Assembly (NCBI GenBank): GCA_963667675.1
Contig: OY763929.1
Span: 814,358 to 878,357, forward strand
Direction: 5' to 3'
DNA length: 64,000 nucleotides
Origin: Dehalococcoidia bacterium
Lineage (GTDB): Bacteria > Chloroflexota > Dehalococcoidia > Lucifugimonadales > UBA3495
This document shows, piece after piece, positions 30,021-38,810 of this stretch. The position numbers and the translations under genes were made by a program. The notes beneath the pieces are model-generated. The model was not told the origin of the DNA. It ran no database searches and saw only the letters and a program-made list of their open reading frames with translations. Numbering within the stretch: position 1 is the first letter of the stretch; every line of letters starts with the position of its first letter.

Positions 30021-30965
30021 CTAGTCTATGATTTCCAGGCGGGCGTTGCCTGCGGGAAAGTCGGCCCTGAGCTGGACGCCGGCCCGTTCCTCCTGTACCA
30101 GGCGCATCTTGCCGGTGGGGTCGTCGCCCCAGCCCCGGGTCAGGCCCTCGACCAGGGTCTGCTCGGCCAGGTTGGCCAGGGGCATGGGGACGTTGTACTC
30201 CCGGCCCAGCTCCGTGGCCAGGCCCACGTCTTTGCGGACGAGCCTGATGGAGAAGAAGCCCCGTTCCCAATCGGGCTCGAAGTTGCCGCTGAACCAGGTA
30301 TTGGGCAACTGGTGAATCCCGGCGGCTCCTCGGCCGAATGCGCCCCGGCGCACGGTCTCCCACAGGGGCTTGACGTCGACTCCGGCCTTGGCGCCAAGGG
30401 TGAAGCATTCGGAGATGGCCTGGCTGGTCACCGCCACGATGCAGTTGTGCATCAGCTTGCACACCGAGCCGGAGCCGATGCCGCCGCAATAGACGACGTT
30501 GTCGCCGAAGTCGTCCAGCGCCGGCTTGACCCTGTCGTAAACGGCCTCGTCGCCGCCGACCATGATGGCCAGCCTGCCGCTGCGGGCGCCGGCGACCCCG
30601 CCGCTGACCGGTGCGTCCAGCATGTCCACCCCGTGGGCTTTGAACACATCGTGGATCCGGCGCACCAGGCTTACCGAGTTGCTGCTGAGGTCTATGTAGA
30701 CCGCGCCGGGGCGGGAGCCTTCCAGCACGCCCCCCTCACCCAGGGCGACGGCTTCCACTTCCAACGGCCCGGGCAGGGAGGTGAATGTGACTTCACTGGC
30801 CTCGGCGACCTCGCGAGGGGAATCGGCCCACTTGGCGCCCTGCTCCAGGAGGGGAGTGGCCCTCTCGCGGACCAGTTCGTGGATGGTGAGGGTGTGTCCG
30901 GCCCTGAGCAGGTTGTTGGCCATTCCGGCGCCCATGTTGCCTACTCCGATGAATCCGATGTCCAT
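30021..30965 (-). CDS. NAD(P)-dependent 3-hydroxyisobutyrate / 6-phosphogluconate dehydrogenase-family oxidoreductase
   Basis: Rossmann N-terminus MDIGFIGVGNMGAGMA. AAGGAGA SD. Confidence 0.85.
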   Translation of the reverse strand: MDIGFIGVGNMGAGMANNLLRAGHTLTIHELVRERATPLLEQGAKWADSPREVAEASEVTFTSLPGPLEVEAVALGEGGVLEGSRPGAVYIDLSSNSVSLVRRIHDVFKAHGVDMLDAPVSGGVAGARSGRLAIMVGGDEAVYDRVKPALDDFGDNVVYCGGIGSGSVCKLMHNCIVAVTSQAISECFTLGAKAGVDVKPLWETVRRGAFGRGAAGIHQLPNTWFSGNFEPDWERGFFSIRLVRKDVGLATELGREYNVPMPLANLAEQTLVEGLTRGWGDDPTGKMRLVQEERAGVQLRADFPAGNARLEIID

Positions 30966-30994
30966 GTTGGATCTCCTTTGCGTTGCTCTAAGTG

Positions 30995-31819
30995 TTAGTT
31001 GCGCCAGGGCAGGCCCTCGGTGGCTTTGAGGAATTGGTTGACCAGGCCGGGGCTGGCGGCGATGACGCTGGGGGAGTGGAGGCCGGCGGGCTGCCCTTGC
31101 CTGTCTACCACGGCCCCGCCGGCTTCCCGGGTCAACACCAAGCCGGCGGCGATGTCCCAGGGCGCCAGCGAGTGGTGGAAGTACAGATCAAGACGTCCGG
31201 CGGCGGCATAGGCCAGGCCCAAGGCGGCCGACCCCATCAGCCGCATGGTCAGTATTCCCGGCCAGAGGGAGCGAATAAGGTCGATGGCCTGGCCGGCCCT
31301 CTCGTCGACGTAGCCCAGGTCGCAGCCCAGCAGGGACTGGGGCAGTTCTGAAGTCTTGGAAACGGAGATGGGTTGCCCGTTGAGGAAAGCGCCGCAGCCC
31401 AGTTGGGCGGAGAATAGTTCTTCGCGGACGGGGTCGTAGGTGACGCCGAGCGCCGGCGTTTCCCCGTGCATCAAGGCCACTACGGTGGAGAAATGGGGAA
31501 TGCCCTGGGCGTAGTTGCGGGTGCCGTCCAGGGGGTCCACTACCCAGGTGTAGGGAGACGAAGCCTGGACAGACCCGGACTCTTCGGCGAGGATGCCAAA
31601 TCCGGGATAGGCCTCGGTGAGGACCTTGAGCACCGCCTTCTCAGCGGCGAAGTCGACGTCGGTGACGATGTCGTTGCGGCCCTTGAAGGAAATCTCGCGT
31701 TGGGAGTCCCACCCGGCGCGGATGACTTCGCCGGCGGCCTGGGCCGCTTCCAAGGCAACGTCCATGGCGCTGCGGCCGGCTTCAGAGCAAGGGAGTGTGT
31801 CTTTAGGCGTTCTGGTCAC
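30995..31819 (-). CDS. suhB: inositol monophosphatase family protein
   Basis: ILAEESG and WVVDPLDGTRNY metal-binding motifs. 274 aa. Confidence 0.85.
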   Translation of the reverse strand: MTRTPKDTLPCSEAGRSAMDVALEAAQAAGEVIRAGWDSQREISFKGRNDIVTDVDFAAEKAVLKVLTEAYPGFGILAEESGSVQASSPYTWVVDPLDGTRNYAQGIPHFSTVVALMHGETPALGVTYDPVREELFSAQLGCGAFLNGQPISVSKTSELPQSLLGCDLGYVDERAGQAIDLIRSLWPGILTMRLMGSAALGLAYAAAGRLDLYFHHSLAPWDIAAGLVLTREAGGAVVDRQGQPAGLHSPSVIAASPGLVNQFLKATEGLPWRN

Positions 31820-32113
31820 GTTCTTCCGCGGGTCAACCCGCCTTATTATACGCCTTAGGTGCGTTGGGGGTGGGTACCGCAGGGAGATCTGCGGGAAGGA
31901 TCACAAGGCCGAATACTGTGGCCCAAGTGAGCAGAGCACCCGGGAGATGCTGGAAATTTTAGATCCCCTCTTATTCTCTCCCACATCCTCCCGCTCAAGG
32001 AGTCACTGTCGGTTCCTCACTCTGCACTTCTCCCGGGGCCCTCGGCAGCCGACGCGGGGCTCGGTGAAGATGCAGGTGGGGTTCCTTGCGTCCTATCCCA
32101 GGTAGCGCCGGAG

Positions 32114-32800
32114 CTACTCATCCAGCAGGCCGTTTCGCACAGCCCAAACCACCAATTCCTGCTTCGTCGCGACTCCCAGCTTGTCCTGGATGCCGTAGAT
32201 GGCGTTTCGGATCGTCACCGGCTGGTTGCCTCTGACTTCCGCGATCCTCGCATACGACAGCCCTTGGGCAAAGAGGGCAAGGATCTCCCGCTCCCTCTGC
32301 GTAAGCCCGCCTAGGTCGGATTTCTTCTTTCGCTGAGTTGATGCACGTATCTCGGCAAATACACGCCTGATCGCGTCGGTAGGTATGCGGTACTCGCCAC
32401 CCGCAACGCCGCGTACGGTGCGCAGCAATTCCTCTTTTCCCGAATACTTCTGAAGGTATCCCGCTGCGCCCGCTGCTATAGCCTCGATTACAGCATCCTC
32501 TTCCGTTGCGGCCGTGAGGATCAACACCCTCGTGTCGGGCAGCGCCTCAGTGATCTCACGGCACGCGTCGATGCCGTTCTTGAGGGGCATCATCACGTCC
32601 ATGACTATTACGTCGGGTTTGAGCTCCTGGGCTACATTGACCGCCGCCTCGCCGTCTGCGGCCTCACCCACCACCTTGAAGTCGCCGGACCGGTGCAGCA
32701 CTTCGCGCAGACCGTCACGCATGATCTCGTGGTCGTCCACGAGTATCACCCTGGTCTGTGCGGCCGGCTCCAAGCTAGGCGCCTCCCCGGTAAGCGTCAT
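32114..32800 (-). CDS. NarL/LuxR-family response regulator
   Basis: Receiver domain (VILVDDHEIMRDGL...DVIVMDVMMP) plus LuxR HTH (LTQREREILALFAQGLSYARIA). Confidence 0.9.
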   Translation of the reverse strand: MTLTGEAPSLEPAAQTRVILVDDHEIMRDGLREVLHRSGDFKVVGEAADGEAAVNVAQELKPDVIVMDVMMPLKNGIDACREITEALPDTRVLILTAATEEDAVIEAIAAGAAGYLQKYSGKEELLRTVRGVAGGEYRIPTDAIRRVFAEIRASTQRKKKSDLGGLTQREREILALFAQGLSYARIAEVRGNQPVTIRNAIYGIQDKLGVATKQELVVWAVRNGLLDE

Positions 32801-34058
32801 GCGGAATGGCGCAGGTCACTGTCGTCCCGCGTCCGGTCTCACCCTGGGCCACTTCGAGACGGCCCCCAATGCGCGCGGCGTCCTCTCCCATGTTCCTGAA
32901 TCCGTGGCCGCGGGTCGCGTAGCCTTCCGGGAGGCCTATGCCATCGTCCGACACGGACATTCGGAGGCCATCATCCTCGAATCTCAGTGAGACCGTGACC
33001 TTTTCTGCGTGTGCGTGCCGGAACGCGTTCGTCATGGCGTTGTGAGCTATCGAGAAGAGCAGCCTCCGGGTCACAGTGGGAAGCGGAGGCTCTCTGCCTG
33101 ACTGGACCAACTCCGCGGGAATCGACGTGATCTTTGAGAACGTCGAGGCATGGGACCGAAGCACCCGGCTCAACTGCCGTCCCTCGAAGATGGGGCCTAC
33201 GTCGATGGGGTGCCGTAGCTCCCACATAGTCGACTTCGAGAGCGCATGTGTGGCAGACAGCTTGGCTAGGAGATCATAGCGGTCCTCGCCATCCCGGGCG
33301 CCTGCAAGCTCAATGGCGGTCTCAATGCCCAAGCCGATCATGTAGGCGGACTGGGCGATGGTGTCATGTATGGTCTGCGAGAGTTCTATCCTCTCCCGCT
33401 GAAGCTCCCTTTCCCGTTCCACAGCCTCTCTCCTTCTGGCGCGCTCGAACCTGGAAACCAAGCTGACTGCGACGACGACCGCGTACATGGTTACGATCCT
33501 GGTGAACAGGACCTTCTCTTCCTTGATATCGAAGTCGACCCCCGGCTCCAGCATCAGGCTCAGTAGTGCATAGGCAACGGCGACCGTGGTGGCCCAGGCG
33601 AAGCTGAACCTGAAGGACGTGAACACTACTGCGAACACGGCGAGGGTGGGGTAGTACAGCACGAAGAAGGTGTTCTGAAACCCGTTGCCCGAGACTATGA
33701 TGCCTGCCGTAATCATCGCTGCGTCCAGCACGCCAAGAGCCAGCGCCCAGCGCCACGTGATCGGTCGGTTCGACTCGATGCGGTAGTGGACGTAGGCGTT
33801 GAAGACCAAGACCAACACAGCCAGCACCGTGGTTGGTATGTAGGCCGGGTGCGCGAAGTTGGGCCGGTAGTTGAACTGCAAAAACCAGGCTATCAGGAGA
33901 AACCATCGCACCCATACCGAAATCCTAACCCTGTACAGCAGGCCAATCGGGTCAGCCCGTTCCGACGCCCGATGAGACTCCGCAACATCGTCCTGCCATG
34001 TGGCCTGAGACTTCAAGCCTTTACTCCTATAGCGTAGCCCGCTCAGCGGCATCGGCAA
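32775..34058 (-). CDS. membrane sensor histidine kinase (HisKA_3 / NarX-DesK type)
   Basis: ~5 N-terminal TM helices, H-box SQTIHDTIAQS, N-box NAMTNAFRHA, G-boxes DDGIGLP and GHGFRNM. Overlaps the regulator gene by 26 nt. Confidence 0.85.
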   Translation of the reverse strand: MPMPLSGLRYRSKGLKSQATWQDDVAESHRASERADPIGLLYRVRISVWVRWFLLIAWFLQFNYRPNFAHPAYIPTTVLAVLVLVFNAYVHYRIESNRPITWRWALALGVLDAAMITAGIIVSGNGFQNTFFVLYYPTLAVFAVVFTSFRFSFAWATTVAVAYALLSLMLEPGVDFDIKEEKVLFTRIVTMYAVVVAVSLVSRFERARRREAVERERELQRERIELSQTIHDTIAQSAYMIGLGIETAIELAGARDGEDRYDLLAKLSATHALSKSTMWELRHPIDVGPIFEGRQLSRVLRSHASTFSKITSIPAELVQSGREPPLPTVTRRLLFSIAHNAMTNAFRHAHAEKVTVSLRFEDDGLRMSVSDDGIGLPEGYATRGHGFRNMGEDAARIGGRLEVAQGETGRGTTVTCAIPHDAYRGGA

Positions 34059-34138
34059 GGTTCAATTGTACCGCAAGGAGATAGGTGCAAAGGTATCGCC
34101 TTAGGTTCGGTTCAGCCGAACCTTGCGGCGTTAACGGG

Positions 34139-34204
34139 AGGGAAGTTAATGTCTATATGATAATCTCTTATAGGGAAGTTAATGTCGAGATGGTCATCTC
34201 TTAT
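34139..34204. promoter_or_regulatory. 33-bp tandem direct repeat in the divergent kinase / repeat-lipoprotein intergenic region
   Basis: agggaagttaatgtc occurs at 34139-34153 and 34172-34186. The following 18 nt match at 14 of 18 positions. The repeat ends 12 nt before the ATG at 34216. Confidence 0.5.
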
Positions 34205-34215
34205 GGGAGACGAAA

Positions 34216-36249
34216 ATGTCAAAGTCAATGGCGATAGTGGCTGTACTGGGCGCGATGCTCCTAGTCATGGCGCTGACCGGGTGTTCCGATGAGCCAGATC
34301 CCACGCCGACCCCGACACCCACAAGCACGTCAACGCCCGCGCCGGCGAGCACACCTGCACCAGAGGTAAAGTCTACGCCAACAGCCACACCTACACCAGA
34401 GGTAACGTCTACGCCAACAGTCACACCTGCACCGGAGGCATCGCCCACGCCGGCGTCTACACCTGCACCGGAGGCGTCGCCTACTCCTGTCGTGGTAGTA
34501 CCTACAGAGACACCTGAGCCTATAGAACACGGCAACGCTAGAGCCATCGCCACCGAGTTAGAGGTAGGGGCATCTGTAGCCGGCGCCGTGGACTACGAGG
34601 ACGACGTTGACTACTTCCGCTTTACCGCCCAGGCGGGCCAGCTCTATCAGATAGACGTCGCCCTGGACACCCTGGATGACTCGTACCTGGAACTCCGGGA
34701 CGCCGACGACTGGTATCTGGCGGACAACGACGACTTCGGAGACTCCCTGGCCTCCCGCATCGTCTGGGCGGCCCCGGAATCAGGAGACGTCTACGTCGTG
34801 GTGAGCGCCGGCTGGGAGTCTGGGACCGGCACCGGCAGCTACACCCTGACCGTCGCCCTTTCCGACATCGCCGACGATCATGGCAACAGCTTTGGAGACG
34901 CCACCGGCATACAAGTGGGTCAAGCCTCAGCCGGCGCCGTGGACTACGAGGGCGACGTAGACTACTTCCGCTTCACCGCCCAGGCAGGCCAGCTCTATCA
35001 GATAGACGTCGCCCTGGACACCCTGGATGACTCGTACCTGGAACTCCGGGACGCCGACGACTGGTATCTGGCGGACAACGACGACTTCGGGGACTCCCTG
35101 GCCTCGCGCATCGTCTGGGCGGCCCCGGAATCAGGAGACGTCTACGTCGTGGTGAGCGCCGGCTGGGGGTCTGGGACCGGCACCGGCAGCTACACCCTGA
35201 CCGTCGCCCTTTCCGACATCGCCGACGATCATGGCAACAGCTTTGGAGACGCCACCGGCATACAAGTGGGTCAAGCCTCAGCCGGCGCCGTGGACTACGA
35301 GGGCGACGTAGACTACTTCCGCTTCACGGCCCAGGCAGGCCAGCTCTATCAGATAGACGTCGCCCTGGACACCCTGGATGACTCGTACCTGGGACTCCTC
35401 CGGGACGCCGACGACTGGTATCTGGCGGGCAACGACGACTTCGGGGACTCCCTGGCCTCCCGCATCGTCTGGGCGGCCCCGGAATCAGGAGACGTCTACG
35501 TCGTGGTGAGCGCCGGCTGGGAGTCTGGGACCGGCAGCTACACCCTGACCGTCGCCCTTTCCGACATCGTCGACGATCATGGCAACAGCTTTGGAGACGC
35601 CACCGGCATACAAGTGGGTCAAGCCTCAGCCGGCGCCGTGGACTACGAGGGCGACGTAGACTACTTCCGCTTCACGGTCCAGGCAGGCCAGCTCTATCAG
35701 ATAGACGTCGCCCTGGACACCCTGGATGACTCGTACCTGGAACTCCGACGGGACGCCGACGACTGGGAACTGGCGTACAACGACGACTTCGGAGACTCCT
35801 TGGCCTCGCGCATCGTCTGGGCGGCCCCGGAATCAGGAGACGTCTACGTCGTGGTCAGCGGCTTCGACGGCGAGGGCAGCTACACGCTGACGGTGACTCT
35901 TTCCGACATCGTCGATGACCACGGCAACTACACGGGGAGCGCCACCGGCATACAGGTGGGTCAAGCCACAGCTGGCGCCGTGGACTACGAGGGCGACGTG
36001 GACTACTTCCGCTTCACCGCCCAGGCAGACCAGATCTATCAGATAGACGTCGCCCTGGACACCCTGGATGACTCGTACCTGGAACTCCGACGGGACGCCG
36101 ACGACTGGTATCTGGCGGACAACGACGACTTCGGGGACTCCCTGGCTTCCCGCATCGTCTGGACGGCCCCGGAATCAGGAGACGTCTACGTCGTGGTCAG
36201 CGGCTTCGACGGCGAGGGCAGCTACACCCTGACCATTACAGTTCAGTAG
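34216..36249 (+). CDS. secreted lipoprotein with Thr/Pro-rich linker and five tandem PPC-like (pre-peptidase C-terminal type) domains
   Basis: Signal peptide plus lipobox (LVMALTGC), TP-rich linker, then five ~115-aa units. Each unit contains GAVDYEGDVDYFRF...YQIDV...DSYLEL...NDD...GDVYVVVS...GSYTLTV. Confidence 0.8.
   Translation: MSKSMAIVAVLGAMLLVMALTGCSDEPDPTPTPTPTSTSTPAPASTPAPEVKSTPTATPTPEVTSTPTVTPAPEASPTPASTPAPEASPTPVVVVPTETPEPIEHGNARAIATELEVGASVAGAVDYEDDVDYFRFTAQAGQLYQIDVALDTLDDSYLELRDADDWYLADNDDFGDSLASRIVWAAPESGDVYVVVSAGWESGTGTGSYTLTVALSDIADDHGNSFGDATGIQVGQASAGAVDYEGDVDYFRFTAQAGQLYQIDVALDTLDDSYLELRDADDWYLADNDDFGDSLASRIVWAAPESGDVYVVVSAGWGSGTGTGSYTLTVALSDIADDHGNSFGDATGIQVGQASAGAVDYEGDVDYFRFTAQAGQLYQIDVALDTLDDSYLGLLRDADDWYLAGNDDFGDSLASRIVWAAPESGDVYVVVSAGWESGTGSYTLTVALSDIVDDHGNSFGDATGIQVGQASAGAVDYEGDVDYFRFTVQAGQLYQIDVALDTLDDSYLELRRDADDWELAYNDDFGDSLASRIVWAAPESGDVYVVVSGFDGEGSYTLTVTLSDIVDDHGNYTGSATGIQVGQATAGAVDYEGDVDYFRFTAQADQIYQIDVALDTLDDSYLELRRDADDWYLADNDDFGDSLASRIVWTAPESGDVYVVVSGFDGEGSYTLTITVQ
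34531..36246 (+). repeat. five tandem coding repeats with unit-to-unit periods of 351, 348 and 342 bp
   Basis: The unit landmark tccgacatc recurs at 34861, 35212, 35560 and 35902. Units 2 and 3 differ by only a handful of substitutions and two in-frame indels. Confidence 0.9.
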
Positions 36250-36539
36250 GGTGAAGCGCCTTCGGCAGACGGGGCGACCGGCTGGGACTCTTCGGCCAGG
36301 ACGCCGAAGGCGGGAAAGGCGGCGGAGAGAAGCTCCAGCACGGCCTTCTCGGCGGCGAGGTCGACGTCGGTGACGATGTCTTTACGTCCTTTGAAAGCGA
36401 TTTGCCGTTGGGAGTCCCACCCGGCGCGGATGATGTCGCCGGCGGCTTGGGCCGCTTCCAGGGCAACGTCCATGGCGCTGCGGCCGGATGTGGTGACGGG
36501 AAGAACGTCTTGGGAGGTGTCAGTCATGTCAGTCGCCAA
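36243..36539 (-). pseudogene. truncated duplicate of the inositol monophosphatase 5-prime end
   Basis: GRSAMDVALEAAQAAGDIIRAGWDSQRQIAFKGRKDIVTDVDLAAEKAV parallels residues ~15-90 of the 30995..31819 product. It stops after ...SPY, where the intact gene continues TWVVDPLDG. Similarity extends into the upstream non-coding DNA. Confidence 0.75.
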
Positions 36540-36632
36540 GTCTGGGTCAACCTCCCGTATTATACTGCCTTATGCGCTTTGGAGGACGGCGCGGCGCAGG
36601 TGGGCGGACGCTAGGCGCGGGCCCGCCGCCAT

Positions 36633-36923
36633 TCACGACGAGGCGGCGGCCTGGAGCCGGAGGCCCAAGGCGCGCACCACCTTCAACACGGTGGCAAACT
36701 CAGGGTTGCCTTCCGCTGACAGCGACTTGTAGAGGCTCTCCCTACCCAAGCCGGTCTCCCTTGCCACCTCCGCCATCCTGTGGGCGCGGGCGATGTCCCT
36801 CAGGGCCGCCATTATCAGGCCCAGGTCGCCCTCCTCCAAGGCGACGTTCAGATATGCCGCCATGTCCTCCTCTGTTTCCAGATGTTCCGCCGGGTCCCAT
36901 GGCCTTGTACGCGTCTTTGCCAT
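36633..36923 (-). CDS. addiction-module antidote protein (HigA-like, TIGR02684-type)
   Basis: EDMAAYLNVALEEGDLGLIMAALRDIARAHRMAEVARETGLGRESLYKSLSAEGNPEFATVLKVVRALGLRL matches the family pattern from memory. Confidence 0.8.
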   Translation of the reverse strand: MAKTRTRPWDPAEHLETEEDMAAYLNVALEEGDLGLIMAALRDIARAHRMAEVARETGLGRESLYKSLSAEGNPEFATVLKVVRALGLRLQAAASS

Positions 36924-36932
36924 AGCCGCCTC

Positions 36933-37223
36933 CTAGAGTCCTCTTGCCAGTTCAAGCGCTCTTTGTATGTCCCGCTCCTGGCTGTCCTTGTCGCCCCCAG
37001 CCGGTAGGACAACCAGGGCCTCCCCTCGCCGCGCGTAGTACACCCGGTAGCCGGGGCCGTGGTCAATGCGAATCTCAGACACCCCTTCGCCCACCGGCCT
37101 GACGTCTCCCGGATTCCCCAGGGACAGCCGCCGGATGCGGCTGTCTATTCGCGCCCTGGCCTCCCTGTCACGAAGCCGCCTGAACCAACGGGCGTAGACC
37201 TCGGTTTGGCGAACCTCCACCAT
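36933..37223 (-). CDS. addiction-module killer protein (RelE/ParE superfamily, TIGR02683-type)
   Basis: FRRLRDREARARIDSRIRRLSLGNPGDVRPVGEGVSEIRIDHGPGYRVYY...GGDKDSQERDI matches the family pattern. ATG 37223. The upstream part of the tracked ORF is repeat DNA. Confidence 0.8.
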   Translation of the reverse strand: MVEVRQTEVYARWFRRLRDREARARIDSRIRRLSLGNPGDVRPVGEGVSEIRIDHGPGYRVYYARRGEALVVLPAGGDKDSQERDIQRALELARGL

Positions 37224-37325
37224 TAGCTTATTGTAGCCTACAGGATACCTGGAGCGCAAGGGGATGGGCGCTCTTCGCGCGCAGGGGCGCCCCTGGTGGG
37301 CGCCCTGGACGATGCACCCCATAAC

Positions 37326-37578
37326 CGTCATACCGGCGAAAGCCGGTATCCAGTCCCCGCGCATTTCTGGATTGCGGCTCGGGGACTTCCGTAACATACA
37401 AATGGCGGGTTGGGGGCGGCCCTTCGACGGCGCTCAGGGTGAGCGGAAGGGGGCACGGGTGGGGGCCGGCCCTTCGACGGCGCTCAGGGCGAACGGGTTG
37501 GGGTGGACCCGTTCGTGGTGAGCTTGTCGAACCAGACGAACGGGCGGGGCAGTAGCTAGGCCAGGCCCTTCGAGAGCC
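37326..37578. repeat. cluster of intergenic hairpin repeats (families B and C)
   Basis: cgtcataccggcgaaagccggtatccag; two tandem copies of ggcccttcgacggcgctcaggg(t/c)ga(g/a)cgg; acccgttcgtggtgagcttgtcgaacc; ggcccttcgagagcctcagg. Confidence 0.6.
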
Positions 37579-38604
37579 TCAGGCCAGGCCCATTTTTTGG
37601 TAGACCTCTTCCAGGGTTGCGCGGGCGATGGCTTGGGCCTTTTTGGCGCCGTCGTCCAGCACGTCCCGGACGAAGTCGGGCTGGGCTTCGTATTCTCTCC
37701 GCCGCTCCCTGAATGGGGCCATGTAGTCGTTGATGCTGGCGGCCAGGTGGCGTTTGCAGTCGACGCACCCTCGCTGGGCGGTGGTGCACTCCTCATGCAC
37801 TACGGCTACCTCGGCGGCAGGGCTGAAGGTGTTGTGCAGGGAGTAAACGTTGCAGACCTCGGGGCGGCCAGGCATGTCGCGGCGGACTCTTTGGGGGTCG
37901 GTAAAAGCGGTGGCGACCTGGCGCTGCGTCTCTTCCGGGGTTGCGGCCAGCTCGAGATGGTTGTCCAGGGACTTGCTCATCTTCTGCTGCCCGTCCAAGC
38001 CCAGGATTAGTGCATCTTCGGTGAGCTTTGCCTGGGGCTCGGGGAAGGTGTCCCCGAAACGGCCGTTGAAGCGGCGGACGATCTCCCGGGCCAGCTCCAG
38101 GTGAGGCACCTGGTCCCGGCCCACGGGTACGGTGTCGGCCTTGTAGAGGATGATGTCGGCGGTCTGGAGCACGGGATACCCCACCAAGCCGTAGTTGACG
38201 GTCTCCTCGTTCTCGTCCATCTGCCGGACCTTCTCCTTGAAGGTGGGGACCCGCAGGAGCCACCCCAGGGGAGTGACCATGCTGAGCAGGGTGTGGAGAG
38301 TCATTACCTCCGGCACCCGCGACTGGACGAAGACGATGGACTGGTCGGGGTCGATTCCGGCGGCCAGCCAGTCCAGCAGCATGTCGTGGATGTTGGGCTG
38401 GATTTCGGCCGTCTCCCCGGGGTTGTCGACGGTGGTAAGGGCGTGGATGTCCACGGCGCAGTAGATACACCGGTAGTCCTGCTGGAGCGCGACCCAGTTC
38501 TGCAGGGCGCCCAGGTAGTTGCCCAGGTGCAGCCGACCGGAGGGCCGCATGCCGGAGAAGATGACGCCCTTGGAGTTGTTGGGGGGTTCGCGGGTAGAAG
38601 GCAT
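37579..38604 (-). CDS. trpS: tryptophan--tRNA ligase
   Basis: HIGH-type LHLGNYLGAL and KMSKS motifs. 341 aa. Confidence 0.95.
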   Translation of the reverse strand: MPSTREPPNNSKGVIFSGMRPSGRLHLGNYLGALQNWVALQQDYRCIYCAVDIHALTTVDNPGETAEIQPNIHDMLLDWLAAGIDPDQSIVFVQSRVPEVMTLHTLLSMVTPLGWLLRVPTFKEKVRQMDENEETVNYGLVGYPVLQTADIILYKADTVPVGRDQVPHLELAREIVRRFNGRFGDTFPEPQAKLTEDALILGLDGQQKMSKSLDNHLELAATPEETQRQVATAFTDPQRVRRDMPGRPEVCNVYSLHNTFSPAAEVAVVHEECTTAQRGCVDCKRHLAASINDYMAPFRERRREYEAQPDFVRDVLDDGAKKAQAIARATLEEVYQKMGLA

Positions 38605-38638
38605 GGTCAGTCTCTTGCCTCCGGAGACCTTTGCGTAA

Positions 38639-38790
38639 CCGTCATTCCGGCACCCGAGCCGAAATCCAGGGGTGGGGGGATGACGATGGGCGGGAAAGAG
38701 CGGCCAGGCTGGAGCCGAGGGGTTTTAGATTCCTCGCTGCGCTCGGAATGACAGGAGGGGGCGATGGAATGACGGGTTGTTTGGAGGAGT
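38639..38790. repeat. family C hairpin repeats in both orientations
   Basis: cgtcattccggcacccgagccgaaatccagg and the inverted gattcctcgctgcgctcggaatgacagg, plus a partial ggaatgacgg. Confidence 0.5.
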
Positions 38791-38810
38791 GGCAGCAACG
38801 CGCGCTGTGA

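Noticed and set aside
34531-36246. Regularly spaced ~350-bp repeats as a possible CRISPR-like or satellite array.
   Set aside because: The units are contiguous with no unique spacers and lie entirely in one long reading frame encoding a repeated protein domain. No cas genes are present.
37224-37397. N-terminal 58 codons of tracked ORF 36933..37397, and similarly 39720..39929 of ORF 38811..39929.
   Set aside because: The extra codons translate hairpin-repeat DNA (IPAFAGMT...) or implausible Pro/Arg/Gly-rich sequence. Family homology begins at the internal ATGs 37223 and 39719.
38605-38810. T-box leader upstream of trpS.
   Set aside because: No T-box 14-mer (AAUUAGGGUGGUACCGCG-like) or specifier-loop architecture is seen. 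The region is occupied by family C hairpin repeats.
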